Assembly: GCA_951406725.2 (NCBI GenBank) | Contig: OX597816.1 | Span: forward strand, 162,130,001 to 162,194,000 | Source: Octopus vulgaris | Lineage: Eukaryota | Direction of reading: 5' to 3' | DNA length: 64,000 nt | Part shown: piece after piece, positions 14,432-27,967 of the stretch | How positions within the stretch are numbered: the first letter of the stretch is position 1 | Layout: the number at the start of each line of letters is the position of its first letter | The notes under the pieces: generated by a model | Database searches by the model: none | Seen by the model: only the letters and a program-made list of their open reading frames with translations | Told to the model about the DNA's origin: nothing | Translations under genes and position numbers: made by a program

Positions 14432-15262
14432 TATAGAGTGAGGATGAGTAAGCCAAGTAAGTGTTGAGCCGATAAAGCAGAATAATATTCAAATAAATGG
14501 GAACTTAAACTCCAACCTCCTCATCTAGTGCCGATGATTCTGCATCGGCTATAAGGACAATCTTTATCGAGCTGCTAAAAGGTGGTGCGAGAGATAAACA
14601 CAGGTTCGCTTGAGACTTAGATTTATATCGTGCACAAAAATACAGATTACAGGATAGAAAAAAACAACAGAGTAGAAGAGTTATGTAAAGTTTTATCTCA
14701 ACAGCTGTTTCAAGACGGCTATAACCGACTTAGTAATTATTAATACGCAATATGTGCATAATATCATAGGTGTGTTCTGTAACAAGTCCCAGTGAAATTG
14801 TTGAAAGTAGTTAGGCGTCCCTTCACAAGAGAAGTTTGACAAAGGCGTATTTTCCAGCATTTATTAATATGAAAGGTTAAAGAAAGCAGGTGGGGTTAGT
14901 GAGGAAGGGAAGGATAAGAATAGTCAAACAGAAGGGCTAATTAAGGAGAGACACGAGATGAAGATAGGAGCGGCACGTGACAAAGACCAAGCATAAGAAA
15001 GATAAGTTAATAGCTGGCCGAAGAATATTGTCAGTTCAAAATAGTGGAAGTGTGTGTGTGTATGTTTTTTTATAAATAAGCAGTAGTTCACGAAATAATG
15101 AATCAGTTAACAACAGATGCGAGGGGGAGAGTAGCGTGCGAAACAAGCACTGTGGAAGGGGAGTGGCAGTTACCAACAGAAGATACGGAGAAAGAGAATT
15201 TTAACTAAGACGATGAGAAATTATAATGATTTTAATTTAAGAGCTAATGTTTTGTAGAATTT
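14432..15262 (-). mobile_element. Penelope-like pLTR-type element in (TA)n, with hammerhead-like motif at 14695-14832
   Basis: Minus strand: tctc-TTGTGAA-gggacg...cgtctt-GAAAC-AGCT-GTT-gaga. Palindromic stem III ACAGCTGT and degenerate core; element bounded by TA repeats. Confidence 0.5.
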
Positions 15263-15869
15263 ATGTATATATATATATACACACACGTGCGCACCCCCAC
15301 CACATATATAAACATATAAATTTCATGTAATATCGATCACTCCTGAGGTTTCAGGGACCTACAACCAACAGAAGAATATTTGTCAGCTTGCCTCTCTCTT
15401 AGAAACGAACCATTCTGTTTCATGATGCAAACATCTTTAATTTTAAATTACAAATAAATTGTTTTGATGACGTGGTACAATAAATACTTAACTAGAAGTG
15501 ATTTTAGAGATTAAATTTCCTATATTGTAACTGCCATCTATAATTCTGATACACAACTAGTAATACTAAAAGGGCAAGAATCGTTGCGTTGAATATTAAA
15601 TCTTTGAACTCCAAAACCAAATACTGTTATCTTCTTTGAAAACGCTTCCAATCACAGCATACATAATATACAATTTTGTTTAGCATACCCTAAAATTATT
15701 TCATACTACGACATTTTGAATAAACCATAGTATTCTGTCATCTACACAATTGTAATTGCACCAACAAATCTATTGGTAATAATAGTATTAATTTTAACGG
15801 GACTGACTATAGAAATTGCTCAGTAAATTACAAAAGAGCAGATAGTGATATCGTCTACCAATTCAATTC

Positions 15870-16520
15870 TACAGGAACCAGAATTTTACAAAATTATTTT
15901 TTTCCTGATAGATTTACATGTTTACACATTTATCACCTTCAAAGTATTCTCCATTTGAAGCAATGCAGAGGTCCTGACGCATTTTCCAATGTTCGAAGCA
16001 GTGCCGGAACTTTTGCAAAGTGATGCCTTTTAACGCCTCCGTCATTTTTTCTTCGCCTCTTCCACATCTGCAAATTCCGTAGTACCAGCTTTCGTCACCA
16101 GTGATGACCTTCGAAAAAAGTTTCCAACTGTTCTTTCAGTTCACGACACGCAATCTATCATAGGTGTGTTCTGTTTTTGTTCTTCTTTTGTGTGACTGCT
16201 TTTGATCTTCCGTGAGCAAGCAAGACGCATTTTGCTGCAACTCTTTTCATTCGCAATTCCTCGCTCAAAATTCGTTGGCAGGAGCTCTACGACACAGCAG
16301 TCATATCAACAAGTTCGTCAATTGTTCGGTGATGGTCCTCCAAGATCAGTTCATGAATATTCATGATCTTTTCATTCGTTCGTTCGGGAGGTCGACGAAC
16401 GTCCTAAACGAGGTTGGTCTGTCTTCAATTGACGAGTGGCCATCCCTAAATCATGAAGTCTGATCTACAGCGGGCTTTTCCCACACAGAACGTTTCCGGT
16501 TACTTTTGGGTATTCCCTCG
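15870..16520 (-). mobile_element. mariner transposon relic, internally deleted
   Basis: FRDGHSSIEDRPR.GR.STSRT, LTEDQKQS, LFSKVITGDESWY, KMTEALKGITLQKFRHCFEHWKMRQDLCIASNGEYFEGDK; TIR-like ttccggttacttttgggtattccctcg at 16496-16520. Confidence 0.9.
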
Positions 16521-17279
16521 TGCATGTATAAGTTTAACTTTAAAATCTTTTAAATTACGATACAAAAATCACACTCACACATCAGAAATACGAGTTGGAG
16601 AAATGAAATTTCAATCATAAAATTCATTTGTCTCCCAGAATAATGATAATAACTACGACCTCCAATTTAAAGCTGCCATGTACAGCTTTAAAGTAATAAG
16701 CATCTTAGTGCTATGTCTTACACACGTAATAAGAAACCATTCAATTTCTGCACTTTGGAAAGTATAACCATTCGCTTTGCTAAAAGTAAAATAACATATA
16801 AATGTAGCAGAAATACTTCCTTCTGTTACCACAGCACCTAAAATTCTCATCTGTACTTTAAGATCAGAAATATGATGATCAGATAAGAGAACATATGCAT
16901 TGGTTTAAAATATTTGATGCACTAACGTTTTCTTCGGGGCTCTAATTTCACTCGAAATATTTATGATAGTTCTATACGACTTTCCATCTGCATATTTTTA
17001 TATTGCACCTTTATGATTATAAATCTTTATATTCTGTTTCAAATATTTCGATATTTCAACATTTTTGTTTTAACATTACTTCCTTGCTGGTCTCTTAACT
17101 ACTGTAGTCCGGATAAAACATTAGTCCGTTACACATTCTTTGGCACATAGTTTGTATAAATAACAGATTCACTTTCAAACGAAGCCTAAATTTTTGTTTA
17201 CTTCCCCGATACAAGGTATCACTTCTCATTTCACTAATATTTTCTTCCTGTTAGAAATTATCAGTACTTTACTAAATTA

Positions 17280-17469
17280 TTACTGGATTTGTGGTTAAGA
17301 AGCTCGCTTCACATAATCTCGGATTCAGTCCCAATTCGAGGATCCTTGGACGTGTGCCTTCTACTATAGCCGACCAATATTTTGTGAATGGATTTGATAG
17401 ATAGAAACTGTGAGGAAGCCCGCCGTATATATGCGCATGTCTGTATGCATGTGTGTGTATGTGTGTGTG

Positions 17470-17504
<35 letters not shown>

Positions 17505-17730
17505 TGCGACTGTGTTTCCCCACAGCTTGGCAAGACGTGTTGTTTTATTTACGTTCCCGTAAATCAGTGGTTCGGCAAAAGAGACCTTTAGAATGAGTAC
17601 TAAGCCTAAAAAAATATACTAGAGCTGTCTGTTCGACTTAAACTTTCAAGGCGACGCTCCAGCATGGCCTCAGTCCCATGACAGAAACAAGGAAACGTAA
17701 ACGGTAAAAGGAAAAGTAAACGGTAAAAAG
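17280..17730 (+). mobile_element. SINE family B, old copy
   Basis: Degenerate head, gtgaatggatttgatagatagaaactg, internal (TG)n and tail. Confidence 0.8.
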
Positions 17731-18096
17731 ACCTGTCGATATTACTCATTTTTTTTTCACCGGGAATTATTTTTACTTCACCGGTTTATTTGCGTATTTA
17801 GTTATAGACTTAACACATTCATTCTGCATGTTTAAACATATCTCAAATGTGTTTTAGCTATTTGCTTCCTCATTTACAGCATTACTTATAATCCATTTTA
17901 ACACCTTTCTTATATTTTATCCTATTTTAATCGTGTACACAAATCCCAGTGACAGTAAAACCTTTATCTATATTCGATAAATAAGGTTTTTCATTCTTCT
18001 TTCAACGTTCCTCTTTCTATTGTAGATCTCCCCCTATCTCTCTCTCTCTCTTATCCTCTTCTTTCTGTCTTACTTTTTACATAATTCTCTTCTATA

Positions 18097-18137
<41 letters not shown>

Positions 18138-18170
18138 CACACACTCGCATACACACACACGCACGCACAC

Positions 18171-18235
<65 letters not shown>

Positions 18236-18262
18236 TATATATAGGTAAGACCCAAAGTTTTT

Positions 18263-18640
18263 AGGCGGCGAGCTAGCAGAAACGTTAGCACGCCGGGCGA
18301 AATGCGTAGCCGTATGTCGTCGGCTGTTACGTTCTGAGTTCAAATTCCGCCGAGGTTGACTTTGCCTTTCATCCTTTCGGGGTCGATAAATTAAGTACCA
18401 GTTACGCACTGGGGTCGATGTAAACGATTTAATCCGTTTGTCTGTCCTTGTTTGTCCTCTCTGTGTTTAGTCCCTTGTGGGTAGTAAAGAAATAGGTATT
18501 TCGCTACGTTCTTAGTTTAAATTCCGCCGAGGTCGATTTTGCCTTTCATTCTTCCGGGGTCGATTAAATAAGTACTATTTACGCTCTGGGGTCGATGTAA
18601 TCGACCTTATCCCTTTGTCTTATAGTGGACAATAAAGAAA
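18263..18640 (+). mobile_element. SINE-like family D with internal tandem duplication
   Basis: aggcggcgagctagcagaaacgttagc...gagttcaaattcc (B-box-like)...gcctttcatcctttcggggtcgataaattaagtaccag; the core occurs twice. Confidence 0.85.
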
Positions 18641-19253
18641 TTTAAAAAACCGCGGTGGTCCACATCTCTGAGTTGAAACTAAAAAAAGAAAATAATATAT
18701 ATATACTTTTCTATATCTATTTTCAAATAAACTAGCTTTATTTTAAAACACTTTTATATATATTTTTATATATATTTGAAAACCAGTTGAATTTATTAAC
18801 TTTATTTTAGTTCAAATGTTTTTTCCATATCTTTCCACCACCAGTTTATTATTCAACTTGTACCTTTTATCTTTCATATTTTTGTTCATTTATTTTCTTC
18901 CTAACCCTATTTTTATTAAAGGTCTTACTGCAATATGTATATTGGCAGCGCAAGTGGAACCCTGCCGTAGGCTAAGAACTGAAACCCTTGAGATTCTGAG
19001 ATACCGGCTGACGTTCCAGAAGTATTTACAGCATGGCAATGGTCCAAGTAGAGCTTGAGAAACCTCTCAGTAGCTGCTGCAGTTTCTGCGTGGGGCAAAG
19101 CCTCTCTGAGGTTTATTTCACCTAACAATTTATATCGTTATATACTTCATATCGAAAGACAACAATTTAATCTTTATTGTCTTACAATATAGTTATTTTC
19201 CCGAATGAAGTAGACAGCAACATTCATAACGGCGATATTTTTGGCTTTGTGCA

Positions 19254-19935
19254 AAGCGGTGGGCTAGCAGAAATGTTAGCACGTTGGGCAAAATGCTTAG
19301 CAGTATTTCGTCTGTCTTTACCTTCTGAGTTCAAATTACGACGAGGTTAACTTCGCCTTTCATCATCTTGGGATCGATAAATTAAGTACCAGTTGCGGAC
19401 TGGGGTCGATCTAATCGACTGACCCCCTCCCTCAAAATTTCGGGCCTTGTGCCTAGAGCAGAAAAGAATATTTGTTACGTTGAAAGGCGGCGAACTGGCA
19501 GAAACGTTAGCACGCCGGGCGAAATGCTTAGCGCTATTTCGTGTGTCTTTAAGTTCTGAGTTCAAATTCTGCCGAGGTCGACTTTGCCTTTCATACTTTC
19601 GGGGTCGATAAATTAAATACCAGTCGCGTACTGGGCTCGATGTAATCGACTTAATCCCTTTGTCTGTTCTTATTTGTCCCCTCTATCTTTAGCCCCCTGT
19701 GGGCAATAAAGAAATAAATATTTCGTATATTTCAAGGCGGCGAGCTGGCAGAAACTTTAGTACGCCAGGTGAAATGCTTAGGGGTATTTCGTCTGTCTTT
19801 ATGTTCTGAGTTCAAATTCCGTCGAGGTCGACTTTGCCTTTCATACTTTCGGGGTCAATAAATTAAATACTAGCTGAATACTGGGGTCGATGTTAGCGAC
19901 TAGCTCCCTTCCCCAAAATTTCGGGCCTTGAGTCG
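19254..19935 (+). mobile_element. Three head-to-tail family D copies
   Basis: Heads at ~19254, 19484 and 19734, each followed by the same core. Confidence 0.85.
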
Positions 19936-19989
19936 AAATGGATATTTTTGGCTTTGTTACATTCGTACATGTGCAGGACCAAACTTTCG

Positions 19990-20290
19990 GCTGTTCATTA
20001 TTGATGTTCCACTGTGGTACAAGTGTAGCATAACCGTTGAATGTTTAACATTTAGCTGCTCTGCTACCTCTGGAGTTGTCTGTCCTTAGTCCACATGATT
20101 AACGGTCATCCATTGGTTACTGTCACTCGCAAAAAGTTGTACGCTAGCTTACGTTTTCATAATGAAAAATTCTCTCACTGTTCGTTTGTTGAAGGTCACC
20201 TGGTCAAGTATCCCGTTGAAATTCCAAACTGTCTCTAATGCTATGCGTTCTATATGGATTTTATACAATAAATTCGCTAGAATTTGCTTT
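19990..20290 (-). pseudogene. mariner transposase N-terminal HTH fragment
   Basis: Minus strand RTVREFF...GQTTPEVAEQLNVKHSTVMLHLYHSG resembles the mariner pattern T.RELA..L.VS.STV..HL...G. Confidence 0.55.
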
Positions 20291-20402
20291 TTTTCCCACG
20301 TTAAATTTGGCTGCCCAATTCCAAATACGCAAGAATAATCAATAAAATCAAAACTCCTTTAAAGAACTGATAGCAGTGCTTTAGAATTATATATTCTATG
20401 AG

Positions 20403-20778
20403 CAGTGATCTTCAACTAGGGTCTATATGAACCCTGAGGTTCCATATAAAATTCGTGGAAGTTAAGCAAAATTGTAAATTGGAGATCCTCGGTAGTATTT
20501 TAAAGTTTCCTGAAAATAACTTTGCTTTCGATGTATTTATGGCAAGAAACAGCTAGGTTTCTTTCTCTAACATTTTACATAGTTTAACATGTTCTCAGAA
20601 ACATGTTCTCTCAGAGAGTGCTGTTGCAACCCCTACACAAGTGAAGGTACGACAAGCAATATAGAAGTTTTGAAAGGAATATCTATAAAACTAGTTTTCA
20701 AACATCAAATGGCTATGGCGTCTATTAGAGTAAAACAAATAATCAAAGGGCTCTATAAAAGATGGATGAGAGCTACTG
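20403..20778. mobile_element. hAT (Charlie/MER5-like) MITE
   Basis: Degenerate TIRs cagtgatcttcaac...gatgagagctactg; flanks ttctatgag and ttctatgaa. Confidence 0.6.
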
Positions 20779-21225
20779 TTCTATGAACGTAGTTAAATAA
20801 GAGTTTATTCCGAATGAAACATCGTGAAAATAACAAAAGCCACAATTAGTAATGTATTAACCTAATACTATCAATCATTCTCGACAGAGTCTAAACCTGT
20901 GAGATAATCCGCCTTAGTAATCCAGACAACCTAAGCAACAATAGTATATTCATATACAGAAGTGACTTGTTTGTATTCTCAAAATGTCAGTGACCGCATG
21001 GCTGATAAACAACAAATGCCGAACCAACAAAGAAGTTTTTCACTGTGTGTGATCTCTTTGACATGCTAGCTGTAGTAGCTAAATCACCTTTAAACTACAT
21101 CCACCATATTGAGAAGGAGGGAATCTTAATCTTAGATATACAGAAATATTTAATGTTCACTGCCATAGATCGGATCATTCAGGGCTCTCCTCTTCCTCCT
21201 CCTCCTCCTCCTCCTCCTCCTCCTC

Positions 21226-21278
<53 letters not shown>

Positions 21279-21610
21279 GTGACGGCGCCATGGCCCAGTG
21301 GTAAGGGCAGCGGACTCGTAGTGTTGTGTGTGTCTGTTGAGCGAAAACACCTAAAAGCTCCACGAGGCTCCGGTAGTGGGTGGTGCCAACCCTGCTGTAC
21401 TCTTTCACCAAAACTTTATCTCACTCGTTCTTCCTGTTTCTGTTGTACTTGCATTTCAAAGGGGGCCCAGCCTTGTCACACTCTGTGTCACGCTGAATCT
21501 CTCCGAGAACTACGTTGATGGTACACATGTCTGTGGAGTGCTCAGTCACTTGCACGTTCATTTCACGAGCAAGCTGGAACCCTCGTCGTCGTAACCGACG
21601 GAGCGCCACT
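21279..21610 (+). mobile_element. tRNA-derived SINE family A, inside a (CTA)n tract
   Basis: Matches 24094-24481 with internal deletions. Confidence 0.85.
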
Positions 21611-21616
21611 GCTGCT

Positions 21617-21617
21617 G

Positions 21618-21678
<61 letters not shown>

Positions 21679-21697
21679 CACCACCACCACCACCACC

Positions 21698-21777
<80 letters not shown>
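21617..21777. repeat. (TAC)n/(CAC)n microsatellite
   Basis: Directly visible. Confidence 0.95.
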
Positions 21778-21904
21778 ACATGGTATACAAGAATTAAGAA
21801 TGCTTAAAGAACACCAAAATTACAAGCTGTTGCCGCTGTGAATCGAGTACAAACAAAGAATGGCTAACAGAAACACGTTTAATTGAAGAATCCTCAATGT
21901 GGTC

Positions 21905-22120
21905 ATAAGATTTGCTCAAAATAACAGCCAAATCTACCTTTCGAACTACTTCCTATCATATTTTTAAAAAAATGAAAGATATATTGAATGATATAGTCGG
22001 AAATAAATTATGTCTGAGAAGATGGGATTGTCATGGAGAGAACGTCGTTGATCATAGATGTAAGATCGAGTAAAGTTGAGTTGGAATCAAACAATAACAA
22101 CAACAATCACAACAACAAAC
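21905..22120 (+). repeat. Old interspersed repeat family F (also ~21050-21180, 31155-31330, 35170-35360)
   Basis: Shared tgctagaaataacagccaaat...aaatcac, with an (AAC)n tail in two copies. Confidence 0.5.
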
Positions 22121-22184
22121 ATTTAATTCGGATTAGACCACAGAACTTCAGTTAAATTTACCATTCTATGTGAATATAAAGACA

Positions 22185-22570
22185 CGTAGGCGCATGCGTG
22201 GCTGTATAGATATAAGTTTGTTTCCCATCGACGTGGTTGTCCCACTGTGTGACGCTTTGGGCAAGTATCTTCTACAGTACCCTCGGGCTAGAGTAGAAGA
22301 TTTGGCAGATGGAAACAAAAAGAATCCTGTCATATGTGTGTGTGTGTGTGTGTGTGTGTATGTTTGTCTCCCACCATCGCTTCACAATCTGTGTTGGTGT
22401 TTTTATGTCTCCGTAACCCAGCGGTTCAGCAGAAGAGACCAATAGTGTAAGTACCAGACTTAAATAAATAAGTATTGCGGGAGATTCACTAGTCTAAAAG
22501 TTTTTAAAGGCGGTGCCCCAGCATGGCCTCAGTCTAATGACTGAAAACAAGTAATAAATAAAAGATAAAA
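22185..22570 (+). mobile_element. SINE family B, old full-length copy
   Basis: aggcgcatgcgtggctgt...cagcatggcctcagtctaatgactgaaaacaag. Confidence 0.8.
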
Positions 22571-23460
22571 CAGGTCTCCAAAGATAGTATTTAAGACTTT
22601 AAAAAAACCCAACAAAAATAGCATCAAAGTAACTTTTAGTATAATGCTTTGATCGTCTGTTATATAAGATTGCATAATAGAAGACCATTAGGAATAAATA
22701 TAACGACCAAAGAAAATTACTGTAATTTTAAGGTGCCAGAGTTAACACCAACTTTCTTTGAGGTAAAAATAAATAAATATCTAAATAAATAAATAGATAA
22801 ATGAATAAATAAATCGTTAGATGGGTAAATATATGAATTCAGACACCAATTTTAAAAGAAGTTTACTAACACATTAGTTTAAGTGTCGCTCAAAAATTGT
22901 GAGTCGATTTTCAACCACATAATAGACACGAAGGTCATATAAGAGTACATTACACGTTTAAAGAACATACTTCACGCAGAAGTAGTTTTGAAAGCAAGAG
23001 CTAAAAGCTACACAGAACATTGATAGAAGGTCACAGCTAATCTCTACCTGCCGTTGCAAGCAGAAATTTTTAATGATGTGCTAAAACGTCTCTGAGTCAG
23101 AAACAGTCCCATCATTCGGTTGACGTCACGTATCACCTGACAATATACTTATCTATAATTTCCTGTGTCACCCTTGTTTTATATACATTGAATATGCATT
23201 TAATTGCATAGTAAACTGCATGTATATAGCATACTATACAGTCAACAATGTGTTGTGTACATCTATAAGTAGGAATATAAACCATAACACGTTCATGCAC
23301 ATAAACACACGCATGTACACGCATGCACGTATAAATATGCCTTTATGTATAAGTGTAAAAGACATTTTCATTTTCCCTAGTGTCAAATTAATACACTTGT
23401 TTGTTCATACAATAATCTTCATCTTTTGTTTTTCTATAAATTTCAACTATCTATCTATCC

Positions 23461-23587
<127 letters not shown>

Positions 23588-23989
23588 AATCTATCTATCA
23601 CACACACACACACACACGTACACACACAAATCTACAGAGAAAAAATGCGGCAGAATTTCCTTTTTATGTACATATAAATTATTCTGTCTAATCAAAATAA
23701 GCTAAACTTTTAAGTGGAGAATAGTTTATTGTATTGTATGTGTTTATAGAAATGAAAAATAAAAGAATATAAAGATACGTTCTTACAGAATAAATGTTTT
23801 CGTATAATAGTTTAAATGAAAATATATTGGCACACGTATTCTTATGGTGAGTTTGACATATATAACACATAATCATATATGACACAAATTAGAATAGACT
23901 GGAGCAAGGAAAAATAGAAAAGGAGTCACATGTTGTTTCGAGTCTATTGTGTAGAAAAAAAGTTTTAGTGTAAACATTTTTGTGAGTAT

Positions 23990-24690
23990 CGTGGTACTTC
24001 TTCGGTTACGACGACTAGGGCTCCAGTTGATTTAATCAACGGAAAAAGCCGGCTCGTGAAATTAACGTGCAAGTGGTTGAGCACTCCACAGACGTGGAGG
24101 CGCAATGGCCCAGTGGTTAGGGAAGCGGACTCGCGGTCATAGGATCGTGGTTTCGATTCCCAGAACGGGCGTTGTCAGTGTTTATTGAGCGAAAACACCT
24201 AAAGCTCCACGAGGCTCCGGCAGGGGATGGTGGTGTTCCCTGCTGTACTCTTTCACCACAACTTTCTCTCACTCTTACTTCCTGTTTCTGTTGTACCTGT
24301 ATTTCAAAGGGCCGGCCTTGTCACTCTCTGTGTCACGCTGAATATCCCCGAGAACTACGTTAAGGGTACACGTGTTTGTGGAGTGCTCAGCCACTTACAC
24401 GTTAATTTCACGAGCAGGCTGTTCCGTTGATTCGGATCAACCGGAACCCTCGTCGTCGTAACAGACGGAGTGCTTCCATCTACTCCACAGACACGTGTAC
24501 CCTTACGCAGTTCTCGGGGTGATTCAGCGTTGCACAGAGTGTGACAAGGCTGTCCCTTTGAAATACAGGTAAAACAGAAACAGGAAGAGTGAGAGAAAGT
24601 TGTGGTGAAAGAATACAGAAGGGTTTGCCGCTATCCCCTGCCAGAGCCGTGTGGAGTATTAGGTGTTTTCGTTCAATGCCCCGTCTGGAA
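23990..24690 (-). mobile_element. SINE family A, older host copy split by a younger copy
   Basis: The sequence is continuous once 24094-24481 and one TSD copy are removed. Confidence 0.85.
24094..24481 (+). mobile_element. tRNA-derived SINE family A, full length, 11-bp TSD
   Basis: A box tggcccagtgg and B box gtttcgattccc; tRNA-Arg-like head, possibly an octopus OR-type SINE (from memory, unverified); TSD actccacagac at 24083-24093 and 24482-24492. Confidence 0.92.
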
Positions 24691-24734
24691 ATCCCTGATT
24701 TCCCATCGTAGATATGAGCATAACAGATTCTTTT

Positions 24735-24947
24735 GTTCTCTTATTCTTTTACTTGTTTCAGTCATTTGCATGCTGCCATGCTGGAGCAATGCCTGTTGTC
24801 GAGCAAATCGAGCCGAGGGCTTATTCTTTGCAAGCCTAGTACTTATTCTATCGGTATCTTTTCCCGCACCGCTAAGTTAGGGTGATGTAAACGTACCAAC
24901 GTCGGTTGTCAAGCTATGGTCGGGGACAAACACAGACACACAAACAT

Positions 24948-24982
<35 letters not shown>

Positions 24983-25050
24983 CGACGGGCTTCTTTCAGT
25001 TTCTGTCTACCAAATCCACTCACAAGGCTTGGTCAGCCCGAGGCTTAAGT
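24735..25050 (-). mobile_element. SINE family B, 5'-truncated
   Basis: Matches the family B body. Confidence 0.85.
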
Positions 25051-25111
25051 ACACTGAAAATGATTTATTTGACTATGTGTCCCTTAGGTTCGCACAATGT
25101 CCCAATCATTT

Positions 25112-25496
25112 GGAAGCACTCCGTCGGTTACGACGATGAGGGTTCCGGTTGATCCGAATCAACGGAACAGCCTGCTCGTGAAATTAATGTGTAAGTGGCT
25201 GAGCACTCCACAGACACGTGCACCCTTAACGTAGTTCTCGGGGATATTCAGCGTGACACAGAGAGTGACAAGGCCGGCCCCTTGAAATACAGATACAACA
25301 GAAACAGGAAGTAAGAGTGAGAGAAAGTTGTGGTGAAAGAGTACAGCAGGGATCACCACCATCCCCTGCCGGAGCCTCGTGGAGCTTTTAGGTGTTTTCG
25401 CTCAATAAACACTCACAACGCCCGGTCTGGGAATCGAAACCGCGATCCTATGACCGCGAGTCCGCTGCCCTAACCACTGGGCCATTGCGCCTCCAC
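25112..25496 (-). mobile_element. SINE family A, full length, 11-bp TSD
   Basis: Near-identical reverse complement of 24094-24481; TSD cccaatcattt at 25101-25111 and 25497-25507. Confidence 0.92.
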
Positions 25497-27149
25497 CCCA
25501 ATCATTTAACAGACACTATAATACGTATCTGATATTGATTCCATGGCGCCGATAGTGGAAACAACGTGAATGTGCGCGGCGTGGTGGCCAGGTTTACACT
25601 TACTATTGCAAAGTGGTGGCTTTAATCTTCGGATCGGATGGTGCTTTGGGTTCTTAACCAAAGCCCTTCATTTCATGTTGCTCCAGTCCACCTCGTGACA
25701 GGTTAGCGTCCCGTTCACGTGGTAAGTTTTTATCTCTTTGACTTATTCTTCGTGGAAACCGGGTAACCGTGTAACCGTGTAACAAGCCCTATGGGTTCTA
25801 GACCTCGAGACGGTAATGTCCAAGGTTTGTTGTTGTTGTTGTTGATGATGATGATGATGATGGTGAGTAAGAAAGAATCTCACTGATTCCTCAACGAGGA
25901 CATGGGGGTACATAAAAGATTCATAAAATTACCTAATTGATGACCATATCGTGTCCTTCCTCATTATCTCAAAAATTCCTTTATCCCTGGTTAGTTACTA
26001 GCCAGCTACATAGATCAAATAACAGATTTCATCACTTCGGTCAGGCAATACCATGAGATACAAACACTAACAAAAATAGGCACGCGCGCGAACTCACCCA
26101 CACACACAAAGAAACATAAACATACACGCAATCACACACAAGCACAAAGTCAAACATACACGCAGAAACACACACACACACACACAAACACACGCGCACT
26201 CGATATATTCACATATATACGATCATATATACAACAGGCTTCCTACAAGTTCCAGCTGTAAAATTTACTCACGAAACTTTGGTCAATCCGGGTTTATAAT
26301 GGGAAAACATATCCAAGCTACCGTTTCATGAAACTGAACCCACAACGACGTGATTGCGAAGAGAACTTTACCACCTGGTCTTGTACATTTGTATTTGTGT
26401 GTGTGTGTGTGTTTATGTGTGTGTGCATGTGTATGTGTGTGTATGTGTGTGTGTGCATGTGTATGCGTGTGTATGTGTGTGTGCATGTGTATGTGTGTAT
26501 GTGTGTGTACGCATGTGCTTGAGCGTGTATGTGTGTGAATGTGTATGTGTATGTGTGTGCGCGCGTATGCATGTGCGTGTGTGTGCATGTATATTTGTAT
26601 GTGTGTAAATCTACATACTCATACGTAGTATCTGTGTATGCATACATGCATGCATGCAGACATTTATATCATGCACACCGATTTGTCTATAAACATGTAA
26701 ACTTGGTCAAACTTTAAGTAATGTTTGTCATTTGAAGAAAACTTTGAAATTACCTGCAACGGTTTCATCTTGTATCTTTCCAAAGGTTACAAGCTAGTTA
26801 TACACCTACTATGTTTATCTGTCAGCCTGTCTGTCTGTCTGTGACTTTCTCTATCCCTTCTTTGCATACTTGCGCAGGCGTATACATTGGTCAGAGCACA
26901 TGGTTTTGCTATGTATAAATAATCTCATTCAGCAAACACGCCAATATCGGAATATATCAGGCGTATTCATGTTCAGAGACTTCAAAAACAGATAAGGGTG
27001 CTACTGATGTTATGGGTAAAGCCTTCAAGAAGTTTATGACGGTTAAGATATTCAGTGCGACAAATAATTATAATACCAAAAACAAAAAAAAAACCCAAAA
27101 ACAAAATGGAAGAATATTAAAAAAATGTCAAACATTTTTCCAAAAGGTT

Positions 27150-27420
27150 TATTAATATGGTTGGTAAAAGCGGTTTGACAGTTACGGATGATGAATACAT
27201 AAGATGCTCCTGTTGAATTCGATAATGCCATATTGTTATGTGTACTTGAAGGAGATTGTTCCACGACTGTCGAAAGAATTGGCTCAGAAACACTTCAACT
27301 CCTTCAACAATCTATCGACATTTGCAACATCTTGGTAAAGTGTTTAAGTTGAGAAAGTGTATTCCGAATGATTTGTCTTTCAATAATATCAGAGAGACAC
27401 AGCATAAGCATTAACATGGT
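27150..27420 (+). pseudogene. mariner transposase N-terminal fragment
   Basis: PVEFDNAILLCVLEGDCSTTVE...STIYRHLQHLGKVFKLRKCIPNDLS, a degenerate WVPHEL region. Confidence 0.65.
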
Positions 27421-27514
27421 TCTCATTTCTTGTGGGCTTTAAAAGCAAGTTATGTGTCATTCAAAACAGAATCGATGATAACAGGGTGTAATAAACATAC
27501 ATACAAACATACAT

Positions 27515-27884
27515 ATGCGCAGTGGTTATGGTAGCGGACTCGCGGTCATAGGATCGTGGTTTCGATTTCCAGACCGACATTGTGAGTGTTTATTGAGCGA
27601 AAACTCTTAAAGCTCCACACGGCTCCGGCAGGAGATAGTAGCGATCCCTGCTGTACTCTATCACAACTTTCTCGCACTCTTTCTTCCTGTTTCTGTTGTA
27701 CCTGTATTTCAAAGGGCCAGCCTTGTCACACACTCTGTGTCACGATGAGTCTCACCGAGAACTACGTTAAGGGTACACGTGTCTGTGTATTGCTCAGCCA
27801 CTTGCACGTTAATTTCACGAGCAGGTTTTTCCGTTGGTCGGATCAACTGGAGCCCCAGTCGTCGTAACCGACGAAATGCCGTAG

Positions 27885-27885
<1 letters not shown>
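27515..27885 (+). mobile_element. SINE family A
   Basis: Matches 24094-24481. Confidence 0.88.

Positions 27886-27967
<82 letters not shown>

Noticed and set aside
18816-19128. Possible exon or YIG-like peptide (CNMYIGSASG)
   Set aside because: No recognisable domain, stops nearby and no convincing splice signals.
24094-24170. tRNA gene-like sequences (also 30769, 33874, 46592, 57564)
   Set aside because: They are SINE heads that continue into repeat bodies with tails and TSDs.
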